From Octopus vulgaris (taxonomy: Eukaryota): DNA of 64,000 bases. Of the stretch, positions 53,425-64,000 are shown one piece after another (the stretch's first letter is position 1; each line of letters begins with the position of its first letter). Both the position numbers and the translations under genes were made by a program. The DNA lies in contig OX597814.1 of the NCBI GenBank assembly GCA_951406725.2, forward strand, positions 126,170,001-126,234,000. The letters are read 5' to 3'. The notes beneath the pieces are model-generated. The model was not told the origin of the DNA. It ran no database searches and worked only from the letters and a program-made list of their open reading frames with translations.

Positions 53425-53584
53425 GCTACTACCACCACCACCATTATTACTACTGCCACCACCACTGCAACTGTTGACTTTACTGCTGCTACTGTTTCTA
53501 TTACAACTGTTGCTGCTACTACTACTGCTACTATTACTACTAATTTAGCTACTTTTACTGCTACTGTTGCTTCTACCATTTCAG

Positions 53585-53630
<46 letters not shown>

Positions 53631-53680
53631 CACTACTATCACCACCACTACCACCACCACCATCACTACTACTATTACTA
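53367..53680. repeat. (ACT)n/(ACC)n/(GCT)n trinucleotide low-complexity tract
   Basis: Direct reading; source of the poly-T/poly-V ORFs. Confidence 0.95.
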
Positions 53681-56600
53681 CAATCATAATAGCTTCTTTC
53701 AACATTGTCATGCATTTTTGTTTTCATGAATAGCTTCCTGGGATTTTCTTTTTTCTTGTTTCTTTTCTATTTTGATACCTTGTATATTTTGTAACTTCTG
53801 AAAATGGCATTATAATCCTTCATTTATTGTAAATAATTGTTAAAAGAAACTTCAGTTGAGCAAATCATCATTAGATTGATTTTTGCAAATCTGATTCACT
53901 ACTTGTCAACCCTTCACCAAACAGCAGCCTTAGGGCCCCATCAAAGTTTTTAAAAAATCCCCTAAAAATTAAAAACTTCAATCTCAACACACTTGACAAC
54001 CACAAAAGTCTTATATGTAGTTGTATTTTATCTTATTTTATTCACTTAAAGCTTTTCATAATTTTAAGACTAATGGTGGAAGCAGTTTTCCTTGAAGTAG
54101 CTAAAGACCTTGTTGTTTCTGTATAGAACAAAAACTGTGTTTTATCTCAACATATCATACTTAAACTTACTGACATTTCCCTCTCTGTTTCATTTTACTT
54201 GGACCTTTGCTTTTCTGTCATTTTCAAACTGGCATTGAAATTAGTGCTCAGGAATTTCAGATTAATATTTCTTTCTCAGCTCTTTATTGAACTCAGTAAC
54301 TGAAGGTCATTGAAAGATATATCTTGCATAGTTTCCACAGGATGCCTTTTGTATCAGACATTGTCCGAAATTATATCAAAGTTGGTTCTGATATAATGTC
54401 AGACACCTTACCACAATATAAAAACATCTACCAATTTTGAGCAATATTGTTAGAGTAAAATTGTTAATACCAAATTCCATTTCCCTGCTCTGCATTCAAA
54501 GACAGAAAAGTGGTTAATACAGTAATTAGATAATCGCTCCAATCTACCAGAGCCCCCAACATCATAATCTCTGTAGTCATAAATATATTTTAGTGTCTAT
54601 TTTGATATATTGGCATGACTCAACTGAGCCTATAAAATGGTTTCTTTCCAGCTTTCCCTAGCTTACTGTATATTTTCTGTTTAGCTATAACTTATTATTT
54701 TCTCCTTCTTTTATTTTCTCTCTTCCATTTTACTATCTACTTTCACTTTATGACTTCTTTTCTCTTACTTTGTAACTTGGGGGTAAATAATAATTGATTT
54801 CTATTTTCCCCAAGTGGCATCTGATGCCCACTCTAGTCTTAAAATTAGATACATGTAACCAATCCAGATCCTCCTAGCCATCCCATATCTATTTAATGTA
54901 TATTTATCCTTGTTATCCATTTTCCACTACCATATACCATATAGTATAAAATATATTGTATATAGAGAGAGAATTACTTGGCATTAAAAAAAAAAAAGAA
55001 AAGAATTTCTCAGCATGAGTTGTAACCACACTTAACAAAGTCTTTCTTAGTCCTGTTTGTAAGGTAAATTCTAGTTAGATTACATAATTGTTAAATTGTA
55101 TGTTAAATAAGTGGTTACACTTAGCTAAACTGGCAAGAAAACTAAAAAAAATAACAATTTATCCGAAATCTAGCGAAGCATCTTACGTAAAATTCTGGAT
55201 ATAAACTCACAGAAAATGTTTCCTCTCTATTTTTTAGTGTAGAGAACCCTTAAAAAGCTAACCATCACCACCGCTGCATAAGCCATAGAAAATGCAATAG
55301 ATCTTATTGCAGAAATATAAAAATTAAATTAGAAATATTTTATGAAAACATCACTGAAGAAAATTTTTGAATGTAATATGATACATTATTGTCATAAAAA
55401 TGGTTTTGGTTTTTAGAATAATATTTTTATTGTGACATCTCTTCAAATTTGAACACTTTTTTGGTTTTCTTCCTGTACACATTTTTATGTCCATCAACAT
55501 TTCTTCACATTTTCATATTTTATAATCCATCATTTCACATATTTTCAGATATTTTTAACTTCACAAAATTTTACATTTTCACGGCTTTCTCTCGTTTCTT
55601 TCAACAAATTTTTCAAAAAGCCACAATATTTGATGCTTAATATATATTTTGATTTTTAACTTTTACACAGTTTTCAAAACATTCAACCAAAAAAAAAAAG
55701 AAAGCTTTATTTATTTTTACTTTTTATAAGTTATTCGTCAATGTTTTAATTTAAAATATAAAGAGGGAATATTCAAAATTTAACTTTTATCCCTATATCT
55801 ATGAAATATTGCTGAGAGAGTCAGTTAATCTGCTGAATGTTAAACATATCATTTCTTTGACACCCATATAGTATCATTCAGTTGAAAGCAAGTCCAGTCA
55901 ATATATTTCAGCTAAATATACTGCACCTTCTCTAACCAGGCCTACTTGTTCCACCTGTCTCTCTTCCTCCTGGCATCCTTAGTGTACCTCATATCTCAGA
56001 TCCTGTAGTAAATACTTCACCCAGTCCTCCTTCCCCTGTGTTTCTTTCTTTCTATACTGTTCCTACTCTGTCCATATTTTCCCTACCAACATCAGCCTAT
56101 GAATATTTCAGCTGAATATCAACTTCATCATTCACATTAATTTACAGGTAGACCTTTAAAGTCTATGGTCACAGTCTTTCCATCCCTGGGCTAACTTGTT
56201 GAGTGAGGAACAGAGAGTGAGAGAGAATCAAATGAGTTAGTCAAGTTGATTTGGACCTTAATTTAGAGTAAGATACACAAATGTGCAGCAATATGGCTAT
56301 TACTGAATGTATGGAAACTCAATGTTGTTATTTAGCCCCAAACATATAATTCAAAAGCAATCCTGTGACCATCCTACCTTTTCCCTATGTGCTGGGAACC
56401 CATGATCACATTATCTAATGTATCCTTTTCTAAGATGGTAAGTTTGAATGAGATATGACTACTAGTTCTAGCAAAGGAAATGAACAGTAGAGGCTCCTTC
56501 ATTAGTTTGAGATCGTTTTGATTGATTAACAGCAATGTATGGTAGAATTGGCAGTGCTCTGGATGAAATAACTTGCAGTGTTTAGTTCCATCCTTTTACC

Positions 56601-56789
56601 ATCTACATTCAAATCCTGGAATTAACTTTACTTTCTGTTCTTCCAGTTTGATAAAAATAAGGATCTGTCAACTACTTAAATTGATTACATTAACTGTCCT
56701 CTTTCTCTCAAACCTGTGGCCTTGTTTCTGTATTAAAAATCATTATTTTTATTACTTAAGATTGTTATAAAGTCTTTTTCTTATATGTA

Positions 56790-57688
56790 CATGGTGTTCC
56801 AGCTAAATATGACTGTTTGCAGAAAAGGAAAAGAAAACACAATGTTCCATCCAAAAATAATAAAAGTATTTTTAAAAATCAAAAAATTCAACTAGATTAT
56901 AATTGAAAGATAGTAGTTTATTCAAATTAGCTACCCTCAGCTTCCACCACAGTCTCAAGACAGCTCCAGAACCTGGCACCTGCAATTCTTCACCATGTCC
57001 CTGGAAAGATCTTTGAACACCTCCGTGATCTTGGCTACCAGCTTGATCTTGGTGTTGCAGGCAGAGTGGTTGATGTCTTTCTCAGCCCTGCCCTACACAT
57101 ATTAGTCCATGGGATTACAATTAGGAGAATTACAATTGAGGTTAGAAATTAAGGCTGATGAAGTTGTAGAAATTCTCCAGCAACCACTTCTGACTCTTCC
57201 TAGATGTATGGCAAGGAGCCAAATCCTGCTGCTATACATATGACCTTCCAGCAACAAACTTCTCTAACCAGAGTTTGACCACAGACACCAGCAGTTTCAC
57301 ATAGCCATCTGAACTGAGCCCAAAGCTTCTTTATCAGTTGTGGTATGAATTCTAGTGTGTGGATGCTGCCAGAATGCCTGCTGTAACCCTTCCTGCTGGC
57401 CATGGCTTTTTAATCTCTGTTGCAGCTGTCTGTATCATGTCTTACAGTTTGTACAGTGTTCACAGAGGCATTGAGAAGCAATCATGATGTCAACAGTTTG
57501 ATAAATGGGGCAACTCATCATGATGCGAGTAACTCTTTTCCAATATTCAGATGGTTTCAAGTTTTCCATATAAACTTTTTCTCAACTACAGCTTTAAGCG
57601 TTATGCTCTGTTGACTGTTCACCAATGCATCAAGCTGTTCCTGAAAAAAAGGAGATATAAAAGACCATCAAATTTAGCCTGAATACTG
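56790..57688 (-). mobile_element. Decayed Tc1/mariner-superfamily transposon, DD37D (maT)-like
   Basis: Imperfect TIRs (ta-catggtgttccagctaaatatgac versus the reverse complement ta-cagtattcaggctaaatttgatg) with TA flanks. Minus strand reads GRSYV*QQDLAPCHTSRKSQKWLLENFYNFISLNF*P..SPNCNPMD*YV*GRAEKDIN. Spacing between the Asp residues is about 37 aa once a small duplication is ignored. Confidence 0.8.
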
Positions 57689-59135
57689 TATATATTGATA
57701 TGCAAACATCTAAAGATATGCACACTGATGTCTCCTTATGAAAGAGAATTCCAAGTAGCCACTAGACCTGCTCAAACTAGAAGCCAGTTTTTCTCATATC
57801 AAACCCTATTATCTTAAAAACAAACAGGGTGGAAATTGTGATCCTCTATATCCTATATCTAACCAGTAGTTCAGGTTTTAATGGATAAAATATATATAAT
57901 AATAGGTTTGTTCAACAAAAGCAGGCCTGGAGCTAAACAACAACAAAAATACCCAGCAATACACACTTACACAACTTTAATCTAGAAACACCTGAGTATA
58001 CTTCATATTGGAGAGTGTCTATTTCTTTTCCCATGATAACTCAAATAGAGCAACATTCCTAAATATAACAAAGGAAACCTTAGAAGAATTCCCCTTTGTT
58101 ATAAGGGAAGCTTGTTACTATAAAGTAGTTTAGATAGGCACCAATCTGTAGCTAAAGACATGTTTGCTCACCTGAAACACTCTGTAGTTAAGGGACTTTA
58201 AACAATTTAAACAGATGTACTAGGGTTCTCATTGAGGAGAAAGGTTAGAGGATTTTTATTATCATATTATAAAGTATTCTTGGATTAGAACCAATAAGTC
58301 TAAATATAGTGTTAGTTCTACCACAGCATGAATGTGCTAAATGAGATAGGGTACTAAATGTTACATGTATGAAACAAATGATAGGGTTATATGTGGTTTT
58401 CTTTCTACCTACCATAAACAACAGCCAAACCTCCCACAAGTTTACACCTTACTGTAATTATGGATGAAAAGGTTTGCTCAGTCAGGCCTGACCTGGGATT
58501 AAACAACAAATGTCTTAACAAAAAACAAGCATAAAGAAAAATTGAGCAAATGAGGAAGCCTCTACATTGTTGTTTGACTGACTAGGAATAGCAGCCAAGT
58601 CTCCCTCAAATTAAAAAAAATGTTGAAGAATGCATTGGCTAAAGTTGCCCTAATAATGATGGGACAGGAACAGAAGAATATATTTAATTGTAAATCTGTA
58701 TCATCAGTATTGACCTGGGGTTACAAAAGAGCAACAAAAACAGGCCATGATTATTCACTTCTCACCCTCAACCATATTGCATTTTCTGCAACATGCTGAT
58801 GTTTACTGCTTCACTCTTATCACAAATTTTCATATGAAAGGTTAGAGTTTATGTCAATGTATCCATACAAACATACAGTCACGCATATAAACTAAATCAT
58901 TATATTTCATACATGCACACACAGTGCCTGCCTTCTGACTAATCTGGTGTCTTTGCAACCATCCCATAAAGATATAATATTCCTTAGCTCTTTATGTTTG
59001 TTTATATTGTACACAATAATAATGGTTATCTACATATCGCATACAGTTGTGCTTATGTGATTTTGTGTGTGTGTTTGTGTGTGCATGAGGCAACTACCAC
59101 TACAAGGATATCTATACATATACATATGTACATAT

Positions 59136-59203
<68 letters not shown>

Positions 59204-59279
59204 AACTTAAGGTTTGGCCAATACTGTCCATGCCATGTCTTAACTTTAAAAGAGCCATCTGATGAAATCTAAGTTAAAT

Positions 59280-59830
59280 TTTAGAACAGAGTTGTTTGTT
59301 TGTTTGTTGAAACATATCTGGGTTTTAGTGGTTTGTTTGGTATTTCTTTGAGGAATTTATCCACCATGTGCAGTTTGAATGCAATGGGATACTTTTCGTT
59401 CTTAATTTGTCTTCAAATGTTTCTTGAATCAAGCAGGAACAGCTAAGGCAAAAAGAAAAGTTATGTCACAATGTGGTTATGTACTGTGAGAGGAGTGGGT
59501 GATGTGGAGTCCAGCCTTGGATGATTTTTAAATTTGATGTGCAACTTCACTAACAGCATATATTTTCCTCATTCTGTAAATGAGATAGCATCCGTGGCAA
59601 TGTTAAAAATAAGAATCATAGAGTTTTAAGATATTCCTAAGGATCAAGATGTGTCATGATATTTAATTTTTAATTTTTGGGGAATTATCGTCTGAGGTGT
59701 TGCAATTCTGCTAGTTTGTGTGGCAAGGCATAACTGTAGAAAGGTAAAGAAAAGGATGATGGCCTCTGTGTATCTGGACTAGAAAGTTCTGAGGAACCAA
59801 GAGCTCACTTTGTGATGTATATTGACTTTA
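59280..59830 (-). mobile_element. CR1/L2-group LINE 3' fragment, decayed
   Basis: Minus strand gives SWFLRTF*SR, FKNHPRL and DKFLKEIPKQ..KPRYVST, paralleling the other CR1-like fragments. Confidence 0.65.
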
Positions 59831-60181
59831 TAGTTGACATGCGCATGCTAACTGAGATTGTGGTCATTAATTACTTCTAAATCTCTATAAATCTCTAAAT
59901 TCTTAGATCCAGGAGAATTTCCCTTGAGAAAAGGGAATCTGATTGCTAAATACATCCACTTTTCTATGGCTAGATGCCTTTTTTTTGTCACTAACTCTCA
60001 TTTGTTACCAAGCAAGTTAATATTTTCTCATGGCCAGATATGTTACCACAAAATATTGTAAATTAGTGATTCTGCTTGTATGAGAATGACACTCTCAACT
60101 TTACATGCCAAAACAAGGAGACACTAAATACAAACATTCACAGATACACATACATAATGAGATTCATATATAGAGATTAAA

Positions 60182-60215
<34 letters not shown>

Positions 60216-62522
60216 CATGTGAAGGAACATGGCTTAGTGGTTAGGGGTGTTGCACTCATAATTGTGAGATTATGAGTTCGATTCCCAGACCAGGAGTTGC
60301 GTTCTTGAGCTCTGTGATCATTTTATCATGACATGGTGCATCTGAACAGGTAATGTCGATTTGATGGAAGAAGTGGGCTTCTGTGTACACAAACATCTGA
60401 TCACTATAAACAAATCATCAGTGTAGTTGTTCAGCAAGAAATTGCTGAACTCTCATATGTTATCTGATGATGGGAGAGTCCTTATATATATATATGAAAT
60501 CCGTTTACAAGGCCTTGATTAGCTCAGGGATATAGTTGATGAAACTTGCACAAGATGCAATATAGTGGAACTGAAACCAAAATCATGGGGTTTGGAAGCA
60601 AACTCCTTAACCATACAGTCACACCTGTACATACATAGATATTAACTTTTAGTTATTTTTCCCTTCACTTCAATCAACTCGTTTCTTTATTACTTTTACC
60701 CCCATCTCTTACCTCCTCACCATCGATGAAGATTCTATAACTAGTTCTGCATATTGTACCCATCACTCTACCTCACCCATACTTCATTTGGCCTATATAT
60801 AAGAGACCATTGATCCATCTTTATCTCTATACCTACACCCACCTTACCTCCTCCATCCATCTCCACACTCCAATCATCACTGGCGTTTATATTACTTGTG
60901 ATGCTCACTTATCCACTGCCACCCATCACTCCTTTTCTGTCGTTTTTTTCTTACTGTCTTCTTTCCACAACTTCTCTGCCAACACAACACCTTCTCCTCT
61001 CTCTGCCCTACCCCCTTCCACAACCCCCACATCTCTCAATCAACTCTCTTTGGATCCTTGCCACTCTCATCTTTCCGCTCCATGTTCCCTTCATGCCACA
61101 TCTCTCACTTTTACACAACCCAGGACCCCACTCTACACACTCCACTTCACAACCTCTACTACTCTGTCCCTTCCTTTCTTACAAACCACTTATACTAATA
61201 CTTTTTTTTTTTCTAGTTACCTAAAATTGTTATTTGCAACCTCATTTCTTCTGTTTTTTCCCAGTCTCTGTCTTAGCTTTTATAAATGTGTCTACTGTAG
61301 CATTCCACCATCAAGTCACCTTCCATCTTGTTTGGATGTTTGCTCTGTCCACAGATCCAACATATCTTGACATGTGCATACTGATTGTAAACAAAAGCCC
61401 CTTCACTCATATCAATGGTGTCATATGCTCACTGTCTCCTCTGTGAAAACTCATCCAGGTTGTTCATGTTTAATGAACTTGGGGATTATTACTTTGCTTG
61501 GAAACAGATGAGAGTAAGGGATCAAGGACTAAGTCTTAGAAAATTCTGGCGGCGGTGGTGGTGGTGTATGAATCTTGATGATCCTTTAATGTCCATGTTC
61601 CATGTTGGCATGTGTTAACTGGTTTGACAGGTTCCATTGTATAGAAGGACTGCATTATGTTCTGGTATCTACTTTGGTATGGTTTCCACCATAACACCAG
61701 TCACTTTACAATGTGTACTGGATGCTTTTTTTTTTTTTCTTGTGCCACCAGTACAAAGGTTGCTATGCAGCTTGCAGGACTATGAACTTTGAGAGAGATA
61801 GCTTTGTGCTAAGAGATGAAGGGTTAAATTATGAAAAAAGGGATCAAAGCAGGTCAGATTTCTTGTTTTAGAGGGGCTACATGGTTACTCATGTTAGAGA
61901 AGAGAGGATGGGGGTAATTGGAGGTGGGGAGCAGAAAAGAGATAAAATAGTGGTGATGAGGCATCTGTGTGGACCCTCAAGGTTTGAGGTGAGTAGAAGT
62001 GAATGGAAGCAGAAGAATTGGGAGTGTGGGTGAGTAGAGGTTGCAAGAGTATATGGGAGAGTGAGGGAGGGTTAGAAAGGAAGTTGGGTGAGAGGATGAA
62101 TACAATGAAGAACAAATGTTAAATGAATGGTAAGTGAGTGAGGCAGCAAAAGGTAGGTGATAGCTGTAGAGATTGGATAGGGTTGAGAGGTGGATGTAGT
62201 GAATGATGGATAAGCGGAGGGTGGAACAACGATGCAGTGGGGTGAAAAGTAGCAGAATAGTAATGATAATACAGTAGACAGAAGGATGAGATGAAGAATA
62301 CAATAGTGTGGGAGAGGGAGAGAGAGAAGCAGGCATAGTGTATGGGAAGAGAGACATACAGTAGAAGAGAAGGGGAGATGATTGAGCAGCTTGGAGAGGG
62401 ATCAATATAAAATGTGGGTGGAGAGGACAGTATTGAGATGAGGGTTGGATATCAAATGAACTGGTTCTGAGTTGTGAGAAAGAGAAATGGTATCAGAGAA
62501 AAGCTCTCTCTCTCTCTGTCCA

Positions 62523-62589
<67 letters not shown>

Positions 62590-62597
62590 GTATATAT

Positions 62598-62754
62598 GAA
62601 ACAACTACATTATAAAGAGCCATTTATTAACACACAAAGTTGTTAAATTCACTTCAAATTTAAATTTTGACACGTCCTGAAATAAATTTAAATTTAAAGT
62701 AAATTTAACAGCTTTGTGTGTTATCAAATGGCTCTTCCATGATGTAGTTACTTC
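62598..62754. repeat. ~157-bp fold-back palindrome next to (TA)n
   Basis: aactacattataaagagccatttattaacacacaaagttgttaaatt mirrors aatttaacagctttgtgtgttatcaaatggctcttccatgatgtagtt. Confidence 0.9.
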
Positions 62755-64000
62755 AGTCTCAATATACAGTCTCAATCAAATCACTTGCAAGACAAATACA
62801 ACTCTTGTGTGCATGTGTGTGTGTGTGTGTCCATACAACACACATTTATATATATATATGTTTGTGTGTGTGTGTACATCTATATGAATGCTTATATTCT
62901 GTATGTCTTTATATGACATTGTTTGGGCAAAATAATGTTGTGTTAATGGTTCCAGTAAGTAATAGCCCCAGTAGTTCTGAGCATTTTACTTGTAAAGACC
63001 AATGGAATAAAAACTCCCTTACTTGAAAAAGACATGACAAGAAGCATACATGGCTGTAATATACTGTATTAATAAGTTTTGATCTAACCCTTGCTTGCAT
63101 GGAAAAGAAAGTGTAAAGATGATGAGGACAACAACAGCAACAGTGATATATTACACACATGTGTGTGGTAATTTGTGCAAGATAAATAGGGATTGTATTC
63201 CTGAACTATGGTTTCATCCAGTTGGTTGAACCATATATGTCCACTTTAAAAAGTATGCAATCACTGTAGGCAGCTAAGGAATGTAGATTACCAGTTGTCT
63301 TTGAAATTCTCAAGTTCCCAAAAGTTTCCAAGCTTGTTTGGCTGCTAAAGGAACACATTTCGAACTCTTAAAGTTTATGATGTTTCCATTCAATAAAAAT
63401 GATAGTATTTGCATAAATTTTTTACTTTTTGTTGCCTCTTGTTATTGCACAAGTAATACAAACCTTCTGGTATATATATTCCTCTACATTATTAACACTT
63501 GTGGTATTCCAGTATTATCATTACCACTTTTACAACTGCTACTACTACTACCACCACTACTGCTGCTACTGCCATGACAACTACTACCATTACAACATCT
63601 ACCACCGCTACAACTAGCACCATCATCCCCATCTCTATTAGCACTTAGATAATCACCACTATGACATCTAATAAATATAAAAATCTTGGAGAAATTATAT
63701 TTTAAAAAAATAGCATTGATTTTATATATATTGTTTAAATTTTTATTTGTAAACTTTTTTTTATCTTTAGTGTTGTACTTTATGGAACTTGCAGAGTGCA
63801 GAGAATGAGACGGATGATTGTTAAGTGGAATGAGAGATTGTAGACTATTGTAGACAATTATAGAAAAATGTAGAGAGGAGTGGGTGATTGTTGAATAGAC
63901 AGAGGCTGTAGAGTATGACAGGTGATTTAAAAGTGAGGTGGATGACTACAGGGTATGATGGGATTGTAGAATAAGGTGGATAACTGTAGCACATGATAGG

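Noticed and set aside
53115-53733. Long poly-Val / poly-Thr ORFs (mucin-like appearance)
   Set aside because: They arise from an (ACT)n/(ACC)n microsatellite with no stops in some frames; there is no other coding signal.
59255-59290. ctgatga motif as a hammerhead
   Set aside because: No stem II-GAAA arrangement; it lies at the end of an antisense LINE fragment.
60810-61370. 186-aa S/T/P/L/H-rich ORF
   Set aside because: A by-product of a G-poor strand-skewed tract; no recognisable domain.

Overview
AT-rich, microsatellite-saturated eukaryotic non-coding DNA (intronic or intergenic). The repeat families resemble those I recall from Octopus (cephalopod) genomes; this is an inference, not a database result. 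I find no supportable host protein-coding gene. Almost all listed ORFs are microsatellite read-through or transposon relics. Supportable content: an internally deleted D,D34D mariner with TIRs and TA TSDs (6524-7513); a decayed DD37D/maT-type Tc1-mariner (56790-57688); RTE-like and CR1-like LINE fragments; at least five dispersed SINE-like families, two copies with clear TSDs; and mini- and microsatellites. The most notable signal is a set of six long, mutually dissimilar fold-back palindromes (4677-4990, ~9830-11185, 11581-11961, 25377-25759, 46325-46896, 62598-62754). One carries a reconstructable, outward-facing minimal type I hammerhead ribozyme in both arms and another a partial one. Two further stand-alone hammerhead-like motifs occur at 47056-47093 and 42331-42366. 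This points to Penelope-like retroelement termini as a source of long potential dsRNA hairpins. All alignments were done by eye, so boundaries of decayed elements are approximate.
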